DNA from: Lama glama
Lineage: Eukaryota
Length of the DNA: 64,000 nucleotides
Reading direction: 5' to 3'
Assembly (NCBI GenBank): GCA_028534125.1
Contig: CM052817.1
Location: 10,170,001-10,234,000, forward strand
In this document: positions 49,681 to 62,002 of the stretch, in pieces
Position numbering within the stretch: position 1 is the first letter of the stretch
Layout: each line of letters starts with the position of its first letter
Program-made: the position numbers and the translations under genes
The notes under the pieces: generated by a model
What the model saw: the letters and a program-made list of their open reading frames with translations, nothing else
What the model was told of the DNA's origin: nothing
Database searches by the model: none

Positions 49681-52028
49681 AGAATGCGTTAAAATAAAGA
49701 AACACATTTTTAAAATAAAATATATTAAGTAGGGACTTTAAGTTTCAGGCTCAAACCTGTAAAGAGCTTAGAAGTCATCACTGCCATCCTTATATGAAAA
49801 AGCTGGATAAACTGGAAGTCAGTGACTTTTCCCAGCTCCATCAGAGAGGAAAGAATGGACACTCAGAGAAGGTTGGACTCAAAGAAGTGTGAAAGCAAAG
49901 AAGTGTGAATGCAGAGCAAATTGCCACCTCCAAGTGAACAGAGATGGACATTTGCTTACCTTGAGAGAAGCTCATAGCGCCATGAACTAGTGGGAACATT
50001 CAAATGGTAATTTCAACAGACTGCCGGATATGGCACATGAACTAGTGTAATGGTGAAAAACAACTGGGGCCCATCTGTCTCAGGCACCTCCCCCCCAAAC
50101 TTCCATGAACTTTCCCTCCAGGAATCCCATCAGGTTCTCATGGTGGGCATCTGAGAAACCCCTCCTGCAGGTTTGGCAGTCACTGTGAAATAAGCCCAGA
50201 GCTATCTTCATGACAAAGTCCTATTCTCCTAGGATAGGACTTTGCTGAAGGAGGCTTGTTCCAGATGGAGGAAAGGAATTCCTCCCACTCCAGCCTTTTG
50301 TCCTAGCTACAGGGAAAAATTCATTTTCATCAGGGAACAGGACTTTGAGATAACAGATTGGGAATGCTGTAGTCAGGGATGAGAGTGGGGAGCAGGGGGG
50401 AAACGGTTATTTCACTGAAGAAATGATGGGAAAGTCACAGTCCCAAGACCTAGGCTCACTAAAAGGCTGAGGTTTAATTGGAAGATATAATGCTCTTTCT
50501 CTCTCTCTGACATCTTATCACCACCCCAACAGGGCTCCAATATAACAATGGATTACAGGTTAATAAAATGGCGAATTTTCTCTGGAGAAGGGTACATAGG
50601 GAAGCCCAAAGTCAAAGAGGAGACAAAATGAATAACGCTAGAAGAGTTTGAAGCCTCAGGCATCTCCAGCTACAAGAGACATTAAATACAGCCCCATTGT
50701 TGGCCAGATTAACATATATCATTACAGTAATGCCTGTTTACCTTAGTCCTTACTACCTGATATAACGTGTTCCACCTTCAAATAAAGTAAAAGTCATGCC
50801 CAAAACAAGAAAACACACTCTGAAGCCATGAGAAAACCATCAGAACCAGATTCGCATAAGATACTGGAATTAACCAAGAGGAACTTTAAAATAATTATGA
50901 GTAATATATTAAAGGAAAAAGTAGATGACATAGAAGAACAGATGGGTAATGTAAGCAGAGACATGGGATTTGTAAGAAAAAAGTCCAAAGGAGATGCTAG
51001 GTAAAAACCGCACAGTAACAAAGAAGAGTGCCTTTGATGGGCTCATTAGTAGACTAGATGTGACCCAGGAAAGAATCAATGAACTTGAAGGCAGGTCAAT
51101 AAAAACTCCCAAAATTGAAATGCAAAAATAAAAGAATGAAAAACCAAAATATATCAAAGAACAGTGGAACAATCTTAAGAGCATGACATCTGTGTAATGG
51201 AAATACTAGAAAGAGAAGAAAGAGAACAGAGCAGGAGAAATATTTGAAGACATAGCAGACAAGAATTTTTCAAAATTAATGACAGACATCAAACTATAGA
51301 TCCAGGAAGCTCAGAAAACACCAAGCAAGATAAATATCCAAAATCAACACCTAGGCATATCATGTTCAAATCGCAGAAAACTACACAGAGAAAATATTGA
51401 AAGAAGTCAGAATAAACAGCTTACTTAGGGGAGGAATAAGGATAAGATTGCATCAGACTTCTCATCAGAAACTGTACAAGAAAGAAGGAAGTGGAGTGAA
51501 ATGTTTAAAGTGTTGAAAGAAATACCCACCATTTGAGAATTTTATATACAGCAAAGTTATCTTCCAAAAGTGATAGAAAAATAAAAACTTTCTCAGACAA
51601 ACAAAAACCGAGGCATTCACATCAGCAGACTTGCAAGAAATGTTAAAAGATGCTCTTCAGGAAGGAGGGAAATGATAAAGGTCAGAAACTTGGATCTACA
51701 TAAAGAAAGGAAGAGTGACAGAGAAGGAACAAATAAAGATAAAACAAAATCTTTTATTGTTCTTCTTCTTAATCAATCTAGAAGATAACTGTCTGCTTAA
51801 AGCAGTAATAGGAACAATGTATTGGGGGAATGGTAGCATATGGACAAGGGAAATAAATGATAACAATGTCATAAGTGATGGGAAGGAGAAATTGTTAATA
51901 TTTCACTAAGAGGCACTTACACCACCCATGAGGTGGTATAGTGTTGCATGAAAGTGGACTTAGATTAATTGTAAATGTGTATCACAAACTCTGGCAATCA
52001 CTGAGAGAACAGACAAAATGGAATCATA

Positions 52029-53609
52029 CTCAAAATGGATCACAGACCTAAATGCAAAATGCAAAACTATAAAACTCCTAGAAGACAATACAGGAGGAAA
52101 TCTAGGTGAACTTAGATTTGGTGATGACTTTTTATATACAATACCAAAAGCAAATTCATGAAAAAAACTGGTAACTTGGACTAGATTAAAATTTAAAACT
52201 TCCTCTGTTAAAGACACGCTTCAGAGACTGAAAGGAGAAGTCATAGATAAGGTGAAAATTCTTTGCAAAACATGTATCTAACAAGGAATTGGAAATCACA
52301 CTTTACAGAGAACTTTAAAAACTCAATAACCAACAATAAGAAAACAAACAATTTAATTAAAATGACAGCAAAATTCCTGAAAGAAGATATACAAATAAGC
52401 ACATGAAAAGATGCTCAACATCATATGCCATTAGGGAATTACAAATTAAAATGACAATGAGATATCACTGCATGCCTATTAGAGTAGTTAAAATGCAAAA
52501 CACTGGCAATACCAAATGCTTGTGAAGACAACGCAAAACAGGGGCTCTTATTTGTTGCTGGTGGGGAAGGGCACAGCTACTTTGGAAGACAGTTTGCAAG
52601 TTTCTTTAAAAAACTAAACACATTCTTACCATATGACTCAGCAAATGTACTCCTTGGTGTTTACTTAAATGAGTTGAAAGATTATATTCACACAAAAACT
52701 TGTACATGAGTTTTTTAGCAACTATATTCATAATTACCAAGACTTGAAAGCAACTAAGATGTACTTCAGTAGGTGAATGGATAAATTACTTGTGGTATAT
52801 CCATACAATGAAATATTATACAGTGATTTTTTTATTGGAGTATAGTCAGTTTACAATGTTGTGTCAATTTCTGATATAAAGCACAAGTCTTCAGTCATAC
52901 ATGAATATACATATATTCATTTTCACATTCTTTTTCACTGTAAGCTATAAGATATTGAATATATTTCCCTGTGCTATACAGTATAAACTTGTTTATCCAT
53001 GTTATACATACAAGTCAGTATCTGCAAATCTCAAACTCCCAATTTATCCCTTCCCACCTGCCTCCACCCTGGCAACCACAAGTCTGTATTCTATGTCAAT
53101 AGAGAGTGATTTTTAAATATCAGCTATCAAGCTACAAAAAGATATACAGGAACCTTAAAAACATGTTGCTAAGTGAAAGAGACTAATCTGAAAAGGCTAT
53201 GTATTATGTAATTCCAATATATGACATTCTGAAAAGAAGCAAAAACTATGGAAACAGCAAAAAAGACCAGTGGTTGCCAGGGGTTTGTTGGAGGAAGAGG
53301 GAAGGATGAATAAGTGGTACACAAGTAATTTTTAGGGCAGTGAAACTATTCTGTGTGATACCACAATGGTGGATGCAAGTCGTTGTATGTATGCTAAAAC
53401 TCAGAAGGTACAACACAAAAAATTAACCCTAAGGTAAACTATGGACTTTAGTCAATAATAATGTATCAGTACTGGCTAACCAGTGTAACAAATATACCAC
53501 AGTAACGCAAGATGCTGAGGGATGGAAGAAAGCATATGAGAACTCTGTAATTTTTGGCCAATCTTTCTGTGAAACCAAAACTATTCTAAAAATTAAAGTT
53601 TATTAATTA
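52029..53609 (+). mobile_element. L1 3' fragment (L1MC-like) nested in the older L1
   Basis: ORF2 end plus 3' UTR 'taaactatggactttagtcaataataatgtatca...ctattctaaaaattaaagtttatt'; TSD aaaatggaatcata (52015-52028) / aaagtgtaatcata (53610-53623). Confidence 0.85.
52832..53104 (-). mobile_element. Young L1 3' fragment nested antisense in the L1MC-like copy
   Basis: 'attggagtatagtcagtttacaatgttgtgtcaatttc...ggcaaccacaagtctgtattctatgtc'; TSD agtgattttt (52822-52831, 53105-53114). Confidence 0.9.
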
Positions 53610-54955
53610 AAAGTGTAATCATATGCAGTGCTCAATTAAAACTAAATAAGGCAAGAAAAAAAGAGAGAAAAGAAACCAAGAACAAATGCAATAAATAGAA
53701 AGCAGCAACAGACATGAGAGATATTCATCCAATCACACCACTAATCACTTTAAATGTGAATGGTCTACATACATCAATTAAAGGATAGACATGGCATGAT
53801 TGGCTATGTACCCTAAAGAATCTACAAAAATCCCCCACAACTCTTGAACTAATAAGCAAGTACAGCAAGGTCACTGGATACAAGGTCAACATACAACAGT
53901 CAATGGCTTTCCTATATACTAACGATGAACAATTAAAATTTGAGAAGAATATACCATTTGCAACTGCATAAGAATGCAATCTTTAGATATAAATCTAACA
54001 AAATACATGCAGGATATGTATATGGAAAACTGCAAAATACCGATAAGAGAAATAGAAGATCTGAATAAATGGAAAGACATTCTATGTTCCTAGTTTGAAA
54101 GACACAATATTGATTAGATGTCAGTTATTCCCAAGTTGATCTACAGATTCAATGTAATCCTAATCAGAATAGCAGCAAGCTATTTTATAGATATCAACAG
54201 CCTGACTCTATAAAACTTAGAATTTACATGGACAAGCAAAAGACCTAAAATAGCCAACACAATACTGAAGGACAAATTTGGAGGACTAGCATTACCAAAT
54301 TCAAGACTTACATTAAAACTGATATAATCAGACTGCGTGGTATTGACAAAAGAATGGGCACATTAATCAATGAAACAGAATAGAGAACCCAGAAATAAAT
54401 CCACAAAACATAGTCAACTGATTTTTGACAAAGGAGCAAAGACAATTAAACAGAGGACAGTTTTGTTTGATAAATGCTAATGGAACAATTAGATGTTCAT
54501 ATGCAAAAACATAAACCTAGACATAGATCTTACATCTTACCAAAACTTAATTCAAGATATATCATAAACTTCAGTGTAAAATGCAAAACTATAAAGCTAT
54601 AGAGGGAGATATAGGAAAAGTCCTTGTGACTTTGATTTGGCAATAAGTTTTTAGATACAATGTCAAAAGCATGATTAATAAAAGAAAAAGTGGCAAAGAT
54701 GGTCTTTATGAAAATCAATAAATGTTTCATTGAAAAAGACACTTTTAAGAGAATGAAAAGGTAATCCGTATACTAGGAGGAAATATTTGCAAAACATAAC
54801 TGATAAAGAACTTGTATCCAAAATGCATAACTCTTAAACTCAACAATTAAAAAATAAACAACTCAATTGAAATATTGTCAATATATCTGAGACACCTCAC
54901 CAAAGAAGATAGGCGGATGGAAAATAAGCATCTGAAGATACGTTCAGCATCATTG

Positions 54956-55427
54956 TGTGGTGGGCAGAAAGATGACTCTCCAGATACATCTGCATTCTAA
55001 TCTCCAGAACCTGTATGGTACCATTCATAGCAAAAGGGCTTACAGATATGATTAAGGTTAAGGACTTTGGGATGGGAGATTATCCTGACTTATTCTGGAG
55101 GATCCAATCTTATAAATCCTTAAAGCTTAGAAAGTTTCCTGCTGCACCCAAAATAGATGTGCTGACAGAAAAAGGCTCACAATGATGCTTCTTGTTGGGT
55201 TTGATAGTGGAAAAAGGGGGGCCATGAGCCAAGGAATACTGAGTATTCTTCAGATGCTGAAAGTTTAGGGAACAGATTCTTCCCTAGAGCTGCTGACACC
55301 TTGAGTCTAGCCCAGTAAGACCTGTGTTGAACTTTGAACCAATACTACAGAAATATAACAAATATGAGTTATTTAAATTCTCTAAGTTTGTGGTAATTTG
55401 TGATAGTAGCAATCGAAAACTAATACA
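54956..55427 (+). mobile_element. MaLR solo LTR (MLT1D-like) nested in L1
   Basis: TG...CA ends; 'atgattaaggttaaggactttgggatgggagattatcctg', 'agtttgtggtaatttgtgatagtagcaatcgaaaactaataca'; flanks cattg / atttg. Confidence 0.9.
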
Positions 55428-56589
55428 ATTTGTCGTAAAGAGAAATGCAGATTGAAACTACAGTGAGGTATAGTTACACGCCTACTGGAAGGACTAAACT
55501 CCAAAAAACTGACCATGCCAATTGCTGGTTAGCACCTGAGCAGAAATTCTCCTCATGGATGGTTGGAATGCGAAATGGTGCAGCCACTTTGGAAGACAGT
55601 GAACACTTCTTACGAGGATGAAATGTCTCACTATACGATCAGCGGTCACGTTGCGAGGTGTTTACCCAGCTGACTTGGAAATTGATGTCTGCACAAAAAC
55701 TCGTATATGAATGTTTATAGCAGCATTGTTCATAATTGCTAAAAACTGAAAGTTAACTGATATTTCCTAAAATAGGTGAATAGATGAATTATCTAAAAGA
55801 AATTGTACATAAGTACTGTACGCTGGTTGATAACATTCTCTCCCACAGGGGTAAGTGCGAACAATTCTGATGCTGCTAACATGTATATTGGAACTGAAGA
55901 ATGAGGTAGGTATGGATGGTGGATGGTGGGGGCCAGGCTTCTTGCTGTGGGAGTGGCAGGTTAGGGGGCGACTAGCTGGAAAGGCTAGGATGGTTCCTAT
56001 GGTAATAAATTAGAATTGGAGACATCAGTATGAACTCATGTTTAGCTTTGTATTGATACAGATGGTTATATACAGAAATGTTTATAGCTATCTGGGTATC
56101 TTAGGTTAGTATAGACACGTGACTATTTAGCAAGAGTCATGAAACTGACACTCAAATGGCTACAGTGGGGACTCCTTTTTACGAAGGTGTCTCTTTATCC
56201 CCAAGAAGCTCAAAATGGGGAGAAAGAGAGGTGAGGGCAAAAAACTGTATTCAAGTAACAGGGGCACATGGGAATGCAGAGGTAGAGTGGAGATGGGCTA
56301 AGATTAGATCTAGTAGATTGGGAAGTCATGGAGGAGCATGGAAGTGCATTTCAAAGAAAGGGAACAGCCTAAACAAAGACACAGAGGTGGACTTGTCATG
56401 GTTTACGACAAGAACATTGCTAACAGAAGTCTGGGAGCCACTTTGATTGGGTCCTTTCCAATGCTGTTAATTGACCTTGAATTAGTCTTGCTTTCTGCGT
56501 CTCTTTGAAAATTGCTTTGATTTGGGCCATCATCTTCTCTCACTGGCAATACTAGTTGGGTTCCTGGTCCAGGTACTAAAACTGAAAGG

Positions 56590-56750
56590 GTCTTAAGTTC
56601 TTTGTGCCTTAGTTTCCTCATCTTTAAAATACGGATAATCCTACCTCACCTCATGGGGCTTTGGGGAGGATTAAATTAGTTAATATAAGAAAGAAGCTTA
56701 GACTGGTGCCTGGCATGTGGCACTATATCAGTGTTAGCTAGTATATTATT
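56590..56750 (+). mobile_element. MIR SINE
   Basis: 'tgtgccttagtttcctcatctttaaaatacggataat...ggattaaattag...gtgcctggcatgtgg'. Confidence 0.8.
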
Positions 56751-56804
56751 ATTCCCTTTGTTTCAATACTCAGCCAAGAATTAGTTATAAAGCAAAAAAT
56801 TAAG

Positions 56805-57239
56805 TGTGGGGTCCACAGACATCTGGCAGGCTCCTGCTCCAAGGCCCCTCAGATGCCCGGCTGCTGCCCTTTGACGATAACCAAGGGCATTCCTTTCCTG
56901 ATACATACCTGCCTTAGCTGGATAATGATCGTCTATACGGTGCCCGGAAGCCTGACCACAGGACCAGTCACAACCGCCTTACCAAAATCCCTACCCCTAT
57001 CCCTTCACGACCGCCTTCTGTGCCCAGTGTCACATAAGCACAAGGAGTTAAAGGTTGCCCTTCCTTATGAATAAAGACCTCAGTAACCGACCCTCGGGGC
57101 TCACACAGGCACCTCTCGTCCCTCGTGAGGCCCACTGATGTCAGAGGCCACGTATCTAATAAACTCCTTTCTATTTGCATCCTTTATCTTCGGTAAACTC
57201 TTTTACCACCCGCGCACCGGCCCGCCAAATCCCACAACA
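56805..57239 (+). mobile_element. Solo ERV LTR (435 bp), CpG-retaining
   Basis: TGTGGG...CCCACAACA termini, TATA-like GAATAAA at ~57069, poly(A) signal AATAAA at 57158, flanks ttaag / ctaag. Confidence 0.85.
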
Positions 57240-59693
57240 CTAAGACACAAAAGCAATATGCGTGCCTTGTCCTCGTTTCTTTCTGATTTGATAATACCCA
57301 TGCCGTTCAACTGTGATGACGCCCATTTACACTGAGGCCAAATCGCTCACTCCCTGGGCTTTGAGTGCCCTGGCAGTGGATGCTGAGTGTGTATGGGGAA
57401 CGTGTATGAGAGAAATACAATGACTGAAAGGCCTATTATCAACCCCAAAGCGTTACCCCGGGGCTTTTCGTAGTCTGAGTAGGGAGCCGCAGGGGTATTG
57501 CAGTGACAAGACTGACATGAGGAGAGTCGTGACCCACCCCCTGGAGGAGCCCGGTCAGGAGAGCAGCCCAGCAGACGGCGGTGGCCACACGACCGGGCGT
57601 CGGTGAGCCTGCTCGGGTTATTCCGAGGCAGAGGGGTTTAGAGGTAACAAGGTGGACTCAGGAATGACAGTAGGATTCCCTCCTCTGTCACTTGCTTGCT
57701 TTGTGACTTTGGGCCGATTAACCTCTGTGCCCCAGTTTCATCGTCTGTAAAGTAGGGGTAGTTTAAGAGTACCTGCACTTTTAGGTCATTGAAATGTGTT
57801 AAGAGAATCATCCTGGAACATGGGGAGGCCTTCCTAGAGTCAGAGAGGCCCCAGAAAGGTGAAGGTTCCTGTCCTGATCAACGCACGTAACCCCATTTCC
57901 CAGTCTGCTCCTGTGAGACCAGCCTGGGCCAGTGTCAGGGCTCGTCAGGGAAGGCGTCCCCACCGTGTCCCCAGTGATTAACCTCCTTGGGTATCTTTAG
58001 TGACACGCTGAGTGTGGCCTTGGATCTGGCTCATTCCAGCGTTAGACCATCCAAATGATTAGAGAGGACCCTCCAGTATGAATTGAAAGCTTTTTCCTGT
58101 TTCCTTCATCCACTATTGTTTTGCCCTCTGGTCAAAATGGACCTAATCCTCTCCATCTGACACTCCATCAGAACACCTGGGATCAGGCCATCGAGCCAGT
58201 CTGAGTCTTTCCTTTTCCAGCCTAACTCTGGAACAATAGTAGCCTATCAGGTCCCTGAGAGGCTGACTTAACATACCTGGAGTAAACCCAGTGTGGATTC
58301 TCAAAGCCCGCACCTCAGAACCAGTGTGCCCCTGCAGTGCTCAGGGACCAGCCTGGCGAAGCAGGCGTTGTGGGTGTTTGGGAAGACGTTGACTTCAAAG
58401 GCGTTTCGTTAGCAAGTTCGTTCGCCGAAGGGTCTGCATGGTCTGATTTCCTCCAAACCCCTCTAGAAGCCTCGTTTTCTGATGATCAGTGGTGAAATCC
58501 CCAGAACAGAACTGGTGGTGTGAGATTTCAGATTTTATGCAAGTTCACAGCTAGAATCTGTGCACAATTACCGCTAAGAGTTTGATTTTGTCGCTGTGAA
58601 AGCCCCGCGGATTAGGCCTTTCAGAAGAAAGGAAAAAGCCCCTTCTGAACTTTTAGCCTCCGTTGGATATTCCACGAGAGAGCAGCCTTCATCCTGCCAG
58701 TGCATTTACAATGTAAACGTTTTCTTTTCAAGGTTAGGGTTTTACAGCCCAAGGCCACTATTGAAACTGCGGGGGCAGAGCCGGAACAATTCTGCTGGCA
58801 TTCTAAAAATAAGCAGCTTTATTTTCAAACTGCAGGATGTGGTTTAAAAGACAGAGTCTCAACAATTTGCTTTTTTGACGGCCACCTGTAGCCCTTTTCT
58901 GTCAAAGTGGCCTGGAGAAAGAGGCTGGTCCCACACAAAGGCAACACTGATTTCTGAGAACTGCGTAAGATGAACTCTCTTGGACCCCGATAGGAATGTC
59001 TTCAACCCTCCCCTCCTCTTAGGGCCCAGGCGATGAACTGTTAGATTCATCCTAAGCAGGATCGGGCCTCCGTTAGAGATACCAGCAGGGAGAAAATTTT
59101 GAAAGGAAATGGAAGCTGCAGCGATGACAGGATTGCAGCACTGAGGCCTTCGGGAAAAGCTTTGCTCTGCCGTTCTAGAGGGTGAGCCGTGCACACGGGG
59201 CAGTCTGGGGTTCTTGGTCCTCTCCCTTCCTTCCTCCTTCCCAATTCTTAACCTCAGTGGGAAAGGAGAGAGTGTCTTTTAGCAGAAGAATGCATCCAAA
59301 GGATTCAATCAGAGGGCACAGTATTAGCACCCAGAAGATTCATCTGTCTTGAAGATGCTTTTCTCAGAAGGCTCAGGAAGACCCTAGTAGGAGTCGGCCT
59401 GGCCCTCTCTGGGTGGCGGTCTTTGCCTTGACTATACTGGACTCAGGCAGCGTGAAGCTAGGACTCTGAGGAATGAGTTCCTTACAGAAGGGGAGACAGA
59501 GGGAGATCAGAGAGCTGGAGAGGACAGTGTCTGAGGCCTGAGTGTGGGGGGACGGAAACCTGCCCCAGTGGGAGTAGCAAGCACGGGCCCGTCTCTCGGT
59601 TGGCTCCCGGTCACTGGTCAGGAAGGCTGTGTACTTTTGGTTAATGGACCAGATCGGCAGACCTATCCAGACCTTGCTGGGCACAACAGCAAC

Positions 59694-59697
<4 letters not shown>

Positions 59698-59743
<46 letters not shown>
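59698..59743. repeat. (CA)n microsatellite
   Basis: Direct reading. Confidence 0.97.
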
Positions 59744-59749
<6 letters not shown>

Positions 59750-59805
59750 ATGAATAAACGGATTTATATCATTATATGTTATTTATATATATTTACATAT
59801 ACTAT

Positions 59806-60245
59806 TGTGGACATAAAACATCACCTGCCATTTCAATAAACAAAGGATATTGCAGCCATAAAGCCGTCAGCCGCTGCAGCTGCCCAGCCATGCATCCTGA
59901 GGGGACTCAGGATGGAGAAGAACAGGATAATTGTCCCAGATAGTTAAGATGCAGATCAAAGGAGTCATTTCAGTTGGCACAGATTCTTGCATCTTCCCTT
60001 ACACAGAAAAGCACTGAAATCACTAACTTGAGATGTCTGTTTTTGGGGATCAGCAGTCATCTTCCAATGTTTGATGACATGTTTTTTCCTAGCAAAAACT
60101 CCTGTTTACCCTGGCTCCTCCCTTACCTCTATGGAACAGTCCCTCAGGGTGATCTAAGAGGCTGCCTTCCTGTGTTACGGTTCTCAGTAAGGCCACCAAG
60201 TAAAACATAGTTTCCAACTTTTAAGTTGTGCGTATTCAGTTGACA
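59806..60245 (+). mobile_element. Solo ERV1-type LTR inside an AT-rich tract
   Basis: TGTGGAC...GTTGACA termini, flanks ctat / atat, abrupt composition change against the (TA)-rich flanks. Confidence 0.75.
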
Positions 60246-60582
60246 ATATATTTATATTGTATGTTATACATTTATTTATATATCTTACATATTTATATTT
60301 ATTTATATATTTAAATATTACCTTACATTTAGATATTTACATTTTATATAAAATGTAAATGTATCATATTTATTTATATGTTTAATATTTAGATATTTAT
60401 GTTTATATAAATTTATATATTTACATTTATATGTTTAATATTTAGATAAGTTTGTATATTATATATATTTATATAGTATATATTTATATATTAAATTACA
60501 TATTTATACATCATTTATAAGTACATAATATTTATATATTCATATGTTTATATATTCATATAATATCATATATTCATATAAT
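60246..60582. repeat. Degenerate (TA)-rich low-complexity tract
   Basis: Almost pure A/T with recurring 'atatttatat' and 'aatatttagata' units. Confidence 0.9.
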
Positions 60583-60727
60583 GGAACACATTTTTACAGG
60601 ATGATTTTATTCCTAAGACCTCCCTTGAAATTCTTGATTTTGATAAGATTGAGGTAACCTAAATTTACAGCCTTCCTAGCTGTCATTCTCTTTTCCATCA
60701 GTCTTTGGGATTTTTGAATGACAAACT

Positions 60728-61030
60728 TTTTTTTTTAATTGAGTTATAGTCAGTTTACAATGTTGTATCAATTTCCAGGGTAGAGCACAATTTTTCAGTT
60801 ATACCTGAACATGCATATATTCATTGTTACATTCTTTTTCGCTGTGAGCTACCACAAGATCTTGTATATATTTCCCTGTGCTATACAGTATAATCTTGTT
60901 TATCTATTCTACGTATGCCTGTCAGTATCTACAAATTACAAACCCCCAGTCTGTCCCTTCCCACCTCCTTCCCCTCTGGCAACCACAAGTTTGTATTCTA
61001 TGTCTGAGTCTGTTTCTGTTATGTATCTAT
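60728..61030 (-). mobile_element. Young L1 3' UTR fragment
   Basis: Poly-T, then 'aattgagttatagtcagtttacaatgttgtatcaatttcc...ggcaaccacaagtttgtattctatgtctgagtctgtttctgtt'; same family as 52832-53104 and 18490-18928. Confidence 0.92.
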
Positions 61031-61966
61031 ATTCATTTTTTTTGGTATGATTTAGGATTTTTTTTTTTTAGTATGATTTAGTATGATTTAGGATTGCTTT
61101 TATGATGCCTGAGAATTCTGACATCATGACATCCTGGTGTAAGAAGAGCTGGCTGGCTGGCACTCAGGAAGGTCACTTTACTCCCATGACCCAAGCTAGG
61201 TGGCCTTTAGAAAATGACTTAAATTTTCCTGAGCCTCCATTTTCATATCTTTATAATGGGAGGGTTGAGATGGCTCAATGGTAGTGACTATTTTTTTTTC
61301 CAATATAAGATCTGAAACTCATTTTGTCTCTTCCCTTGAATCTCTTTCAGTTCAGGGATTCAACCTTGTAGTTGCCTACTCCTATATGATTATTTCCCTA
61401 GCTCTTCCCACTTCGGGTACATTTTCATGCAGTAAATCTCCCAGCTCAAAAGTTACCTCTTCAGGGAGGACTTCTGGGAGAACTCGATCTAAGTCATCTG
61501 GTCCCCTGAATTACCTTGTTTGTATATACAACGTTACGTTTTCTTTCTCCCCATGAGGGCTGGGGTCTTGTGCGTCTTGTTCCCAGCTCCTAAGCTTGAA
61601 GAGCACCTGACACACAAGTGCTCAACACATATGTTCAAATAAATGGAGGGCTGTGGCAGAGCATGGCTTTGATATTTTCAGTTAGTCCTGAGAGAATGTA
61701 GGTTTGAAATTGCTGTAATTTTTGTCTCTTAACATTAGCTTTAATTTCAGTAGAGGGCGGTATTTACAAGCTTGGGCTTGAGTAAAATCTTGATTCTCAT
61801 TCCAGTCCTAATACTTACTGATATGTGTCATTAATTTGACCTCTTTGTTTCTCTTCCTGTCCAATCGGCCATCAACTATATTCAGTAGTCATTACTAAAA
61901 GGGTTTGTGTGAAGACAGAATGAAATAATCCATTTGGACATAGGGAGATAGAAAGCACTAAATATT

Positions 61967-62002
61967 CACCACCACCACCACCACCACCACCACCATCACC
62001 AC
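61967..62002. repeat. (CAC)n microsatellite
   Basis: Direct reading. Confidence 0.95.

Larger units (their letters stand above)
49735..56130 (+). mobile_element. Old, internally deleted near-full-length L1M (L1MD-like) with nested insertions
   Basis: 5' UTR-like region, then an ORF1 remnant at ~50800-51700 ('gatccaggaagctcagaaaacaccaagc', 'catcagacttctcatcagaaac'). ORF2 start 'atcactttaaatgtgaatggtct' (ITLNVNGL) at ~53744 jumps to the RT/C-terminal region 53790-54950. 3' end at 55430-56130. Confidence 0.85.
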
